Part shown: positions 1 to 14,200 of the stretch, in pieces
Position numbering within the stretch: the stretch's first letter is position 1
Layout: each line of letters starts with the position of its first letter
From: Oikopleura dioica
Taxonomy: Eukaryota > Animalia > Chordata
Reading direction: 5' to 3'
DNA length: 64,000 nucleotides
Assembly (NCBI GenBank): GCA_907165135.1
Contig: OU015567.1
Location: forward strand, 12,834,001-12,898,000
Position numbers and translations under genes: made by a program
The notes under the pieces: model-generated
Told to the model about the DNA's origin: nothing
Database searches by the model: none
Seen by the model: the letters and a program-made list of their open reading frames with translations, nothing else

Positions 1-93
1 TCAAACATGACCCTCTAACCCCAGGTGTCTTAATCCCCGATAAGCTTGCATTCCAATATAACACAACAACGTTCGCAACAACGCGATAAACAG

Positions 94-179
94 ACTCAAC
101 TGACGCAACTGCCGCCGCACATGTGTTTCGGTCGGTTGCTGACGCGATTGAGTTCCTCGCACGTGATCGCAAACTCTAA
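94..179 (+). CDS. Possible terminal exon of a gene lying upstream of the window (STDATAAAHVFRSVADAIEFLARDRKL*)
   Basis: CAG acceptor at 91-93 followed by an open frame to TAA at 177-179. The peptide loosely resembles the C-terminal helix of HAD-like hydrolases. No other support. Confidence 0.2.
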
Positions 180-2277
180 GGTGAATGCAGCCACAAGAAG
201 ATTATCCTAGTGACCAAAGACGGACAGGAATTTTTATTGCGGCAAACCGCAACTAGACTTCCGCTTATGTAAGCTTCTCAGAGGAAATTTTAAGAACTTA
301 CAAATTTTCTCCAAGAATCTTCATAATGATTTAAAATCAAGAACGATTACGATATTTTATTGAAATCATCATTTTTATAATCTTAATTTCTTTATCAAAA
401 AGATACGTGTCCGCTCAAATCCCCTTTTCTGCGATAATTGTCCCCCAAAGACCAAAATTATGATAAAGCCCCGCTTGGAAAAGGCGCCAAACGTCCTTGA
501 TGAAAATTGCCAAAGATAAAATTAACCGGTTCACGCGATAAATTGAGAAAAGAAGCAGCTTTTGGAGGTTCGGGGAAAATGTTCAACCTGTCAAAAGTCG
601 CGTCATGTCCTGTCAGCCGAGCTAATGACTTGAGCTTGCTTGGATGAAGAGATTTCCATCAAAAAAATTGGAATCTCCCTTTTTCGTTCACCTATTCCAA
701 TATTATCCTTTTCCGTAAGCGTATCTTTACGTAGCCGCGTTGAAGTTTCCTCACTCTTTGCCCACGAGAAAATATACTAAAGTCAAATTACATAAACTAC
801 TTTTTCCCCGCTTTAGTATAAATATTTTAAGAGCTCTAAGTAACACTACCTGCTAGTATGTAAATCTGCGGTAGCACAAAGATTATCAACGTGCGGAAAA
901 CAGAGCGATAAGATCGTATCTAAAGTTTGGCTAATTTCTTACGCCACGTGATTTGACTGGGGAACCTGGTACTCCAAAATGGAGAGCTTGACATCCCCTC
1001 TACTTGTACATATTGGCCTGCAACCGACCGAGATAGGCTCAGCCTCGCTGGCTCATTAAAATGTTTAGAGGGGCGTTTCAAAATTCCAGAGACGCGTTAT
1101 CGTTTAGAAAAAACAGGGGAGCAGAAATATTCTCACCTGCGTATGTACCTTGCTCTTAATAAGAGTCTTGTTAGATCCAGCTTTCTAAAATGACATAAAT
1201 CCAGCTTGAAGATACTTTGTTATTAACACATTTCAAGAAGGAAAACAAAGCACAACACTTTCAAAATCGATCCTTTCTGGGAATCAACAGAGAGAACAGC
1301 ATCGCGAATGGATCGTCTTAATGCACGCGTAAAATCATAATTATGATATTATGCAGTCGTGTACCCGCCAATTAACATAACCCTCTGACTCCCCTTGCGC
1401 CTTTTTTTTCGTCCTCACGTGACGCAATGCAACGATGGAACCATCTAATGCGGATCATAAGCTCTTGATTAGACCCAGATCACTTGATAGCCTCAATTAT
1501 AAGGTGCACCACCTCAAATCTGCGAACTACTCACCTCAAGAAAACCTGCTTGGTTTTCTAACATTTTCGGAAAATACTGATTTTGCGATTGACATTTGAC
1601 AAGGATCAGATTAGACCATGATCTATTACATAGGCTCAATTGAATAAATTCCAATAAAGCGGCTCAGCTTTTCTCAAAAAAGCCCGTTAGACATTTTACA
1701 TAAAATAACATTTGTCCCAATTTCTCGCCTGCCTCGAATTATGCTCGACCTGCTCCTCTCCATAATTGCCCTAGAATCTTTTTTCTCACTCGAAGTCCAA
1801 TAGATCCAATTGCTCAAAATAAACCAAGTTCATTTGATTCAACCACGTTTTCTAGCGCCAATTTTAGATATTTTTAAAATAGCCGATCTCTATTTCAGCA
1901 GATTCAAGACTCGAGTAATTGAATTCAAGAACTTGGGAAATCATCCCTTCTTTTGTCATCTCAAAAAACGTGTCGCATTTCTTATCACCCCGCACTTGAG
2001 TCAACAAATTTCCTTCACTGAATTTTTCCACCTTCCGAAATGCGCTCAGATTCGGCTCTGTGTTGAGATTGATAACGCTTGAGTTTCCGCGAGGAGACTC
2101 TTCTTCTTGCGCTTCTGATAACAATCACGCTCGGCAGGAGACGGAACGATTGAGCGTTTAGAAGAACGATAAGGCGATAAGAACAAAGTTTGAAAGATCG
2201 GATTTCAAAACTTGAACACGATTTTCAACACTGCTCAATTTAACGATCTTTTCTTTCTAAAACTCATCTTTTTTAAG

Positions 2278-5200
2278 CTCTCAGCGAAGAAATAAACGTC
2301 TACCCGAGTTTACCCGTCACCAGTTACGAAAATGGCCGTTTCCCTGGAATCTGGAAATTTCAAGTTTCTGGCGGGGCGCGGCTCAATCTAACAGCTTTCA
2401 CAGAGGCCAAGGAAAACTACGTAAAAACCGGATGTCCTGCTTGGAAGCTGCACATGCGGATGAACAGCGGCTCACCAGTCCTTGCGGAGGAGTTTTACGA
2501 AAACGCGGAAGAGATTTTTGTTCCGCCTCCGATGCCTTGGTTGAAGCATGAAATCGATGTTGATCAGTTGAATGGAAACTTCAGTAATATGGTGCACTAC
2601 AACTTGGATTTGTCGGACTATCAAGGGAATCAGGTAAATTATAAATCACGAACCATAAGTTACATAAAATACTGAAGTATAAAAATTTTCAATTTTTCAT
2701 CATCACGATCATCTTAAAATAGTATCTCTAAAATTATCGCAAGTAAGACGGATTCAAAAAAGTCGTCGTTGTTAAACCCGAAAACGCAGTTTCCATCTTG
2801 ACTCTAGTCAATCTTGCATCAAATCACGTTCCCCTCTTTCTCACCACAAACCTAAAGCTTCTTAAGCTAAAGCTCTTCCCGATTTCGGATTTACAAATAA
2901 CTAAAATTATCTGTATTTTTGGTTTCGCCTAATCGCCACCTAAGTAAAGAGTACACCAACACACGAGCGACCATCAATCACGTGGCCCCTGCCTTTTCCT
3001 AGAAAGAAAAACAGTTCAAATGGAAAAAAGGGGTTGAAGAAAGTCTGAAGTAACGTGAGAAGTGGTCAAACCGCGCTCGAAGATTTTTCAATTTCGCGAA
3101 AAAACAAAATTTTTAGCTTCAAAAATATTTATCGTTCCGTCCAATAAATAAATCTTAAATAAAAAAAAACAATGATGAATACTAAAATGGCCCCGGAAGA
3201 TGTTTTCTATGTATCCTGTTTTCGATTAAACATATTAGTAGGCCTCGGACGAAAAAAAGGACGATTTTCACCAGCCGGTCGTCGTACGGGAACGAGAGTA
3301 GGCTCATTCGAAAGCTCTTGAAAATAGCTTTCTATTAGGCTGATAAAAAAACTGTACCCTATCCCTCTTTTTCGAGTTATTCGACTTGAAAGGTAAGCCT
3401 GGAAAAATATTTTTCAAAATAACTCGAAACAGGGGGATAGGGTACAGTTTTTTTATCAGCCTAATAGAAAGCTATTTTCAAGAGCTTTCGAATGAACCTA
3501 CTCTCGTTCCCGTACGACGACCGGCTGGTGGTGTTGGTTTTTACGTCCGAAGCTTACATATTAGGTGATTACCGATGGCCTCAGTATTTTTTTTGTTGAT
3601 AAATATGCGCAGTATTACGGCAGAACAATTCTAAAGAAAGCCCGCTCTCACATAACAAGTGTAATGTGCACATAGTCCTTGAAATTCACCCGTTTTTGAA
3701 TATTTCTCAAATGCCACTTTTTCTTTTAGTTTCTCACCGTCTGGGCCGAAGAGGAGAAATTCGAAAAGAGCACGAAACGCGAGATTCAGGACAAGTGGGG
3801 ACTCTCCACTTCCTGCAAGAAGACGATTCAGTTCAACCTGACTACCGACATTGTGGAGACGAGCGAGAATGAAACTGGAAACGATACGGTTGACAATTCT
3901 GGAGCAATAAGTACTTCAGGGTTTGAAGCGCTTTCGAAGAAGTATTTGGAGACTCATTCGGCGATTTTTTACAATAATGGTAAGGAATTGGAAAAGAAAC
4001 GTAGATGATTATGGTTTTCTCTAAGTATGTTTCTCTTTGACCTCGATTGTTTGGGCTGAACCTCACTTGAAGTTCACAGAGTAGCTCGTACACACGTCTA
4101 ATACCTCTTGGCTAAACAAAAAATTCCCCCGTCCAGGTTGGTCGCCAACCGCACTGTGAAAATTTCAAGAAAAACATGAGCCGTGAAAAAGCAAAGAATC
4201 GCGCCGCTAATTAGATGAGATCAGAATCCGAAAGGGCGAGTGACGTTGTCCTGATTCTAACTTGAATAATTGCCATTTGCCTTCTTGAACAAATTGAATA
4301 ATAACCTCAAAAGGGCGGAATTAAATGGTTCAATTTTCGGCCCCATTAAGGCTTTAGCTTCGAGTTTCTGTCGAGTGGGTTACATAAGGCTGTAACGGAG
4401 CCGGAATAAGCAGAAATTGCAAATTATGAATTCCGCTCTGGAGATAGAATTTCTAAAAAGACCACCACAAACAGCTTTTACATAAATTACGCCTGATAAG
4501 TGCCTGACTGCGGCCGCCCATGACCGTAAATTTCGAGACAATCGTTTTTTCGCGGCTTTTTTTTTCACTTTTAGAAATTCTGTATTTCGCGGAACACGGC
4601 GGTAAAGACGCGTTTTTTACCACGCGTTCGAAAAACGATCCATCTCCGAAAAATATGCTGCGTATTTTGAGCTTGTCAGGTTGAGATTGTCCATTACACG
4701 CGACTTGTATATTATACTTCAAAAAATGATTTCGATTGAGACAAATTTTTTTCCCAGACGAAGATCGATGCTTGATTCTATTACTTAATAGCTGTACAAT
4801 TTTTGACCCGCCACGATGTTTTGCGGTTGAATCAGAGCCGTACTCACGTTTCTTGAATTTCGATGAAATCTTCATGTAACGGTAACAAATTGTAATACTG
4901 CCTTTTTCTTGTCATCAGTAGTTATTTAATAGTTATTAAAACTGGTTTTCGAACGTCTACTAATTTATTTTTGTAATGTGTTAGAAACCAGGGGGTACAT
5001 TTTTGGTGATGTTTAGTAAACGCTAAGAAAGTATTCCTGTGGGCGGTAATAGTAACTGCCGGCAATAGCGACCAGCGAGCATCCTTTTACTGGGTCGCCA
5101 CAGGAAATTCATGAGAAGGTTTTGCAAATACGCTCGTTCGGAACTAGCGAAAATGAAGAAGTACTCGGACTGCGGTCGCGTGCGGAATTTGACCCTTATT

Positions 5201-8200
5201 GCTCTCTTTTGGCTACTGTCCGTTTTATTCAAGTGTTTCTGATGGCGGAATTTTTAGAACACGTGCCTTGCCCAGATTATATAACCTAAATTGATAGAAA
5301 TAACTGGCTCGAGAGGGTATCCCCTTAAACCGGGATTACAACCGGTTGGGCCGGAGACCCCTCCAAAAAGCGGATTATGTAATTATTCCTCTCAGAAGAT
5401 AAGGACCGATTGCGCCATGTTCTAATGGCTGCCAGGGAAATAACGATAAGATAAAGAAATACGTTTTTTTGTGAAGCGAAAATATCTTTCTAACGATTCT
5501 TTTAGACTGTGTGAAAAAATCACAGTCTTTCGAATCGGCGCTAGTATTTGGCTTTCTGATGGGCTTGTCGCACCAATTGGCCGGTGACATTTCCGACTAC
5601 GAGCGACAGATAGACATTACTGCATTAGCATTTCCGGCAAATTATAGAGCTTGCGCTGTTCCCTTACTTACCGGTTTAGGGATTAACCGTAGTTTAATTT
5701 GTAAGGGACTAAATTCTTGAAATGATTTTAGAAACACTATTTTTTCTGAGTCAAAAATCGTTCTAAACAACTTTCTAAAAGAAAATCGTCTTATAAGAAG
5801 ATGAACCCGACAAGCGGCGAAATTAAGGACTCGGAATGTGGCTGCTGAATATTCTCCCAGTCTCACGTGGCCCTTGATTTCGTTGAGCGATGGGCGAAAC
5901 TCGGTTCAGCCCTCGTGGACGCTCTGTCCATTCGTTTCCGCAACGGAAGTAGCTCATTAGAAAATCTTTTCTCTAAAGTTTTTGGTAAACAAAAATGAGC
6001 GGTCCTGTCTTTCTGAAGAATTTTCACAAATTTGAAATTTCTTGTTCCAAAGAAACATTTTCTTGCGACAGAAAAGTAGCGCTAGAAATAGACGGAGATT
6101 ACAAGTTGTCCCCACACCTTGTAACCTTTCTTTGCGCTACTAACAAGCGGTGTGATAATCCTTTCTTTTCTCCCGAACGGAGTCCTTCCGAGAAAACGTG
6201 TCTCAATCTGCCGAAGTGTTATACTTAGAGGCTGCTTTGGCTACAGCTCGCTATCTTCCGCAACAGAAACTTATCACTCAACAGGGCATTACGGCGTCCC
6301 AAAACAAATCAATCTGGAAACCCTTGAATTTTAGATTGTTCTTCGAGCATTGGCCACAAAGACTTGTCCAGTTTTGACACCCTCTTGTCACGTGATTTAA
6401 TTTATAACCGCCCGTTGCAATAATCTTTCTTTCCGTATTTATTCAAGCTTTCTGATTTGACGAGGGAAAATTACGCCCCTTGCGGCAAAAAATACTGGCT
6501 TGAAAAATAGACGTTTTTGATTGGCCGAAAGGAAACAGCGCCTTCATGCGGAATTCTCAGGATATTGGTTAAAAATCTTTTTAGCTTTTAGAATTTGTCG
6601 CTAGAATAAGTCGAGTTCGCTTCTTTTTTTTTCCTCCCAAAATATTTTCCCCTTGGCTGATCTTCAAACGAGCCTGAAGAAAAGCTCGTTTCTAGGTCGA
6701 TGTTTTCTCCTGCGCGATAATCCATTCTCGTCTTCTTTCTAGAGCTCTCCAAATCTTTACGAAAGACCCCTTTTTTCGATCTCTATAATTTAGGAGCGAG
6801 GGGAGCTTTTCGCTGAAATGAAAATATTATTTCGCGTTTCACGTTTCGCACGTAACTTATCAAAACCGCATTTTTGATGTAAGAAAACTCAAATTCATAG
6901 AACTTTTATGGAGATAAACGCTTTTGAAAGCCAAATTTTCCGCTGGGGATTTTAGAAGAATAAGCATTTTGCTTTTTTTAGAAATGCGTTGTCACTTTCT
7001 CTCCAGTGGTCAACTCCTTTTCAGAACCGGAAGCTCCAGCAAGTCACGGGAGCTGTCATCTGTCGACAGCGCACCAAGTGCACCGATAGGTTTATGCCGC
7101 ACGTGACTTGCATTTTCAGCCCCTTGCTTTATTTTTCTTAGCAGAAGACCAGGAATCCGATTGAATTGAATTTTAAAGATTGTGAATTCAAGATTTTAGG
7201 AAATTTATCTGTAAATCACTTTCAAACGGGTTATAACATGTGCGTTACTTGCCAAACTGATCAAGGTGAAATAAATAAAACTACGTCAGTATAACATTTA
7301 GAAAAATCCAGTAGAAAACTTCGTAAAATAGAGTTCTGGTTTTTAAGTTTGTCAAGAAAAAAACCTTTTTGAGCAGCGAAAAAGACTCTTTTGAAAAGTA
7401 ATAATTACCAAAAAGAGTTAGCTATAGCTCACTCTTTCTATCGTAAGAATAAAAGTATGCGGGCTCAAGTGTTGATAGTAAAGAAACAGGCAATTTTCGA
7501 TTCGGGCACACGTTTCCGCGCAACATTTCGCGCCGAAACCCCTTACTTTTCAAATACCAAAATACAGAACGTGTGTTTTCGGAAAGTGTTATTTCGGGTC
7601 GATGCTATTTGATCTTACAGCGAATTCATCAACTCACTGATAAAAAAGACTAGCTGGAAATGCGTTTATTGTCTTAATAAACGTCGCATCTCTCGGAGCC
7701 GCCGCTTCGATCGAAATTTTTAGTTCTGTTTAATTCCCTTAATTGACCATTAAAAGCGTTCCGAAGCGCGCTATTTCGAAAAATTGAAAAAGCAAAGGTC
7801 CGTTTTGGCTCGTTCAAAAGCGCGCCTAATCCAATTCGCGAACTTGAGAATTAAGACGTGGCTGACTTTTGAATTTTTCAGTCGCTAGAAAAAAAAGCAG
7901 GTGTACCTAATCTTCTCTGTCCAAAATAGAACTTGACTCGACAGAAACTTGTAAATACGAGTGATGCCGTTCACGAAGCAGCTTTTAACAAGGGCTTTGG
8001 CTCATCGTAAACAAGAGGCTCCCTGCCACAGCGGAGTTTTCGGTTACAAGCGGCTATGGCCTCCGTTGGCGGCGGTTTTCGAGCTTCCCGCACAACATTC
8101 TCCACACGTTTACTGCCATTTCAAGGTGTCTTTGAAATGAGGCTTTTGGTTTTAATTGAATTTCCGGACAACTTATATTTTTTCTTTTAGAATTTCTTTC

Positions 8201-11200
8201 AGAAGACTTATGATAAACCCCTGTCAATAAGATAAAAAGGTCCCTCCCTCGAGTTGTTTTTCCAAAACGCATATCTATCTAAAACAGCTTGAATTCGGAC
8301 AAAGTGGAAAGCGCTTCTAAAATTTCTGAACTGGCAAATATTCATTTTCGTTGTTATGCGCTTCCGAGTGATAAAAATCCGCTGCGGACAGCTTCCTTCT
8401 AACAAAAACTTTGGAAATAATTCAATCACGAAAAAGGTGTACCTCTTTGTAAAATCAAATTTGATGAAAAAAAAAATCGAATATCTGAAATTTAATAAGG
8501 AAAGAAATTTAATGAAATTTTCAGCGTTGTGGGAAAAAAGGGAGGAAAGGGATTTCTGGTTTGAAGGAAAATATTTTTCGACAACACCACGCCTCTCTGA
8601 GCTGGAAGGATTTGCTTGTTTAGGGGAAGGAAATCGTCGTGGACCCGCATCGGTTTAGCATTATTTTTGCTTTGCCGAAGTTAGTTCTAGTAGAGTTCTA
8701 CATTTCTCGGCTTGGCAACTTTTCTACAAAGTTTTGTATTATTGGGAAGGGGACATTTGATATTTCAATGGCTAAAAGGAATTTATCTATTTGATCACAA
8801 TCAATGTACATAATAAAAGACAAACGGTGAAAAGAAAATGCATTTTTATGGTTTTTATTTCTCTAAAATTCTAAGTGCTGATTATTCTTTTCAGTTTCTG
8901 CTCCGGAGAATGGCGTAAAAGTGACCTGCAAGAATCAATTCTACTTCAAAGTCGATGAAGTCTTTGACGTCGGCGCAACAATCCAAATCCGCTCTGCCAA
9001 CTCAACCTACTCAGTTTGTCTTAACCAGGCTCCCGACGAATCCTGCCCAGAAGATGTGACGCTAGAAAGTGGAAAGGAAGGGATTTTGACATAAGCGAGC
9101 CGACAGAAGTGTCAAAATGGTCGATCAACTTAAAGAACTCCCGTTTCTTCTTTTTACAAGACGCCCTTACTACTATTTCCTCCAGTTTAGAAAAAGAGCG
9201 TAAACAATAGAACTGGACTGGGTAATTAAGAGTCCTTAGTTACCAATTTTCATCCCGACAAAAAAAACTGCATCGGGCGAAGTGGCCGTCTAAGCAGCCA
9301 AATATTGCCAAGTTGTTGAAATAATATTTTCAAAACAGTGAAATCCAATTTTTCAATTGGCTTTTTTTCTGTTTCTGCTGAGTTTTCGTAAATAAAAGTT
9401 TGTGAATCTTTGTCGAGCAGAACGCTTGTTGGTTGATTCTTTGTGGTTTTATTTGGTTCACAAAAAGCCGTCATTTTGGTTTTCTAAATCCGCGATAATT
9501 CTAGCGCTTCATTTTCTCATGTCAAAACCCAAGCAAGTCTCTTTACGTGTCGATGCCAACTCCTGGCATCTGGTTTCTGCGAGCATCTGATGTCGCTTGT
9601 CAAAATGGAACTCTTGAATCAAACGATTTGAACAACGCTGGATTGAATGTAACGATCGCCGGTTGTCCTGAAAACTGTGGGGAACTAGACGGCCGTGGAA
9701 GCTGCAAAACGTACTTTACAGAAGGAGCAGTTTTGCTAAGCACTTGCAAGTGCAAAGCAGGTTTGTACTTTGAGAAATGATAATAAGAAGGAATAGAAAA
9801 TCATCGCATCTGGCGAAATTGACAACCGTGGGAGAGAATAATGAAATTTTTCTTCTACCGTTTTTTTGTAGGTTTTTAAGGGGGTAGCGTCAGGAACAGA
9901 CAAAAAAAATTTCGACAAATTTCGCGTTGGCGGCTACTCGGTTGCTGATTGGCAGGTTAGCCGGATCCGGGCTTCTGATTGGTTGAAAATTTCCATGCAA
10001 AATTTGTCGAAATTTCTTTGTCGGTTCCTGACACTACCCCCTTTTTAAGATTGCCTTTTTCTGTGAATGTTATGAAAAATAATCATCTCTGGAAAATGAT
10101 GAAAATAGCTGTTTATTATGAAGCGATTAATTTATGATCGAGAAGGTCAATTTTGTTTGGTTATTTAATCGCCGTTTTGGCCACAATTTATCTCTAATAA
10201 TTTCTTAAAATGAACACAAGTTTATGAAAATAATCGCCGGTTCATGATAAACACGATTACCCGTAACACGTCGAAAAGTGACACGTGCATGAATCGGACG
10301 CGGAGAGTGAGACAAAGTTCCGATAAGGATTCATTTTGAGCCGTTGGTTCACAAGCAGCTGGGCACACCTGGGCCGCTGCGAAACTTTAGGAAACTTCTA
10401 ATACGTCGACTTGAGACGGGAAAAATGCTATCTTCGAAGCGCTCTTTTTACATTTACTGAAATGAGAAGGAAGGCAGCACTTCCGACTCGGCGGATTTGG
10501 AAGTGGGGAGGCGGCCACGAGAGGGGTTATTATGCGTTCAGAATTCGTGAATGCTTATCTTGGTTAGCTAAATTCATCCTCAGGATGATCTGTTGATAGA
10601 TTCTTACGAAAACCTCAAATCAGATAAATTCTTGCCCTTTTGTTGCATTCAGATCTGATGCAAAGTAAATTGCAAGATTATTATTTTCTCAACAACATGG
10701 CCATTACGCAAGTAGCACCGCTAAGACCCGCATTACCATCAACTTATGCTCTATTCAAAACAGCTCACGATAAAAGCCCTTCATTATCCTCTTCATAGAA
10801 CCCTGAGTTACCCGAGAGAAATCCATCAAAGTCTTTTGCTGGTTACCTCCATCTGCTTTCAAAAAGTCACGTGTCATATTTTTTAAGAAAATTATCGTCT
10901 CACTTTACGAAACCTTCGTTACAAGTGACGTTCTTTTCAAGAACAAGTTTTACGAAAATTCCTACTGTAGCTTAATTTTCGAAAGAAAAAATCAAACTGA
11001 CTCTCCTTCGTACAGATCAGTTCACTTCCCGCAGTGGAAGGATACTCTTGATTAATCCCACTTGATGAAATTTTAACGAGATCAAAATGATAAACTTCAT
11101 CTTCCGAATCCCACCTTATCCTTCTTTCTTGACGAATCTGCAAAGCTGCTGCTGCATCTCCCCGCACACGTTCTTTACATGCATATTTTTTCATCGCGCA

Positions 11201-14200
11201 GCGGCTAATTAGTACAACTCCACCGCCACTTGAGCAAATTTTTGCAAAACCGATCCTGCTGAAAAAGGCGACCACAGAGACGTGCATACATTAGCGCGTC
11301 TCGGAAAATAGCAACACCCGCCCGAATACCTCATTTACAACTTATTCGACTATCTCGACTGAAAGGCTTTTTTCATGTGGAAAATTATTAATCGCGGTAT
11401 TAATGACAGAGCCATTATTTCTAGAGACGAATTAGCAAGTCAAATGATACGATGTCCTAAAGTTAAATATTTTCATGCTCCGAGGAAAAAATCAAACACT
11501 TTTTCAATTAACATTTTAACAAGCGATAACATCGTGAGATGAAATTGATCAAATAGAAATTCTTCAAACGAGCTTATCATCCTGACCAGGGTTCTAAATT
11601 TGAGGCAAAATCTAAAAGTCTAGTCTGTCCGTGTCCGTGTCCTCCGCGAAAATCCCAAGTCTAGTCTATCCGTGTCCGGATCGAAAAAACGGATTTTTGT
11701 CCGGTCTAGTCCCGGACATGTCCGTTTTGTCCGTTTTTGTCCGTAAAATCCGGACACATTTTTTTTTAAAGAAAAAGTCTGGTCTAAAAAGTCTTGTCCG
11801 TAAATGTCCGTAAAATTCCAAGGGTAAAAAACTAATTTTTATAGAAATAAACCGGACAGGACCAAAAAAAAATCTTTGAGAAATAAATTCGGCAGAGAAT
11901 ACATCGAAATATCGAGTTCTTTTCAAGCCAATATAAGAAAATCAAGGGACTTGCCTGGGACAAGAGTCGCAAGTTTATTGCTATTTTTTCGGAAGAGGAT
12001 AGGCTCAGCCCAAAGACTTCATAAAATTTCTAGCTTAGCTCAGCATCAGCTCGTCTCAGAGTTGATAGAAATTTATTTGAAGAGAGAAATATGAAGTGAT
12101 TTTCTCAAGTTAGAGAATAGTCTTTTTGAAGGTGTCTAACTAGAACTTTCACAACGATTTTTATAGCTAGGACCTTTTTGAAGCTGACCTAAAAGAAAAT
12201 TTCTCAAAGCTGAGCTAAGCAGTATGAAAATTTGGGAAACTGAGCTCAACTTGCGTTTTCTTAATGTCAGCTGGTGTTATCCAAGCTGACCTTAGCTGGC
12301 TTTATGAAGAAAATCATTAGTCTGAGCTGAGTTCTCTCAAAATGATCGAGCTGAATAACTGAGCGGGCTAGCCCGACCGCTGACCCCTCAATACGTTGAG
12401 CTGGCTTTTTCCGAAAATTGCTGTGCTGAAAGTCCCAATTTAGGACTCGCAATGAATTAGCGGAATAATGAAGGACCTAATATAGAATATAATAAGGTAA
12501 TATTAAGAATTTCTTAATTTAACCAATTTTCCTTCAATGAGACTCGGTCCTCAAAGTTCCAGCTTCGCACCATCAGAAAGACATATCAATTAAAAGTTAT
12601 CATCGATATTTTCGAATAATTTTGATATTTTTAAATTTTAAACTGAAAACCTGGCTTATTTTATCAAACAATGACGTTGGTTCAGGCTTTTTTGAAACGA
12701 ATTCGAACTCAAATCGTGCTTTTTTACGGATTTTTTCGGATTCTGCCCGGATTTTACAGACACGGACAAAAGTCTAGGTTTGTCCGGATTTCACGGACAA
12801 ATACGGACAAATACGGATTTCGTCCGGATCGTGACAAAAGTCCGGTCTAGGCTGTCCGTTTTTTCCTCAACCAATAGACTAAAAGTCTAGTCTGTCCGTA
12901 CGGACAAGACCGGACAGACACGGATAAAATCCGTACACGGACATGTCCGTTTAGAACCCTGATCCTGACCCTCACTCGTTGCCGTTTTATTTTCGTTACA
13001 AATAAAACACGTCCATAGCAAATAGTTGCGGTTTTCTTCAACCGAGGGGTAGGGAAGTACTGCCGCACGTTTTTCAAATTTTTAAAGAATAGGAAAGGCC
13101 TTAGAGGGTTCAAACTCGTAATTGGCTCATTAGAGAGGCATCTTTTCCTGGCTCTATAATGCAGTAATAAGTGGCTTGAACGTGAGCATTTGTTTTAGCC
13201 GTGATAATTTTTGTTTGAACCTAGTTTCAAATAAACCTTCGAAAAATCGCGCTCGAAGACGCCAGGTGTTTATTATCGCTGCTTTTGGAGCACTTCCTTT
13301 TATACAACTTCTTTGAGATTCTAGCTCTCTCTCTCTCTCTTCCAGATGCGAATTTCGGAATTTCCGAAACTTAAAAAAAGTGAAGGAGCGGAAGTCTGGA
13401 AGCAGAGGATCTCATAACATTCTGACCGGACGGAGCAAATATTTACCTAGAAGGGAATAAAGGGATTAACAAGCTCTCGTTTTGATTCAAAGTTTCTTCG
13501 TGTTGTTTGAAATTTCCGCCTCACGTTGCCCGAATCATTTGAATCCCTAGTTCAAACACAGCTTTCCAGGATTTATAAATTTTGATTTTTTAGACTATGA
13601 ATTCCACTTTTGAAATTAAATTTTCCTTTGAATTCAAATAATTTTCATCCCTCTCTCCCACAAATTGAAATCTTAAGAGCTTTATCTAACCAAGAGTTAA
13701 GGATACAAAGGAGTCGCTTGCTCCGATTCGACAGAAGCAATGGAAATCTCCACCCAACTTTTGGAACTGCTGCTCCTCACCTTATCGAATCTGTTTTTTC
13801 TTCCAGGGACGGGCTTATCACGCTTTCTACTTTACAATTATCAACATAAGCATGAGCGTGACAGCAGTAACGTGATCGTTGTCTCCTTGCCACGGAGTTA
13901 TTAACACGTGATCAGCCTGTTAAAAGCCATATTCATCGCTGTCCACCGACGTTACTGGCAGGAAGCGTTCCTTTTTACAATCGCCATGGGATGCAGTACA
14001 ATGTATCACGCATGCGATCAGTTCTCCACTCAGAAGTACTTCTGCATCGCTGATTACGATACACTCCAGTTTTCGGACTTCGTCGCTTCGACCGCTGCGG
14101 TAAGCCATGTCCACTTATGGATAGCTATTTGTAGCAGTTTTCTGTGCTTTTTCTTATCAGCGAAACTCAAGAATTTAAGAGTGCAGCCTCAGAATGAGAG

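Noticed and set aside
1810-2124. Overlapping 86-90 aa ORFs on both strands
   Set aside because: No ATG or motif support and no consistent splice partners; could not decide whether any frame is real.
4991-5324. GGGGGTAC...GTATCCCC possible TIR pair
   Set aside because: Only about 7 bp of imperfect match and flanks are not a true duplication.
5500-7090. Candidate TMEM8 internal exons (near 5506, 6219 and 6996-7089)
   Set aside because: Open frames with splice-like ends exist, but there is no recognisable homology to choose among them.
10937-11287. 116-aa antisense ORF in a TMEM8 intron
   Set aside because: No domain signal and no linked exons; compatible with chance.
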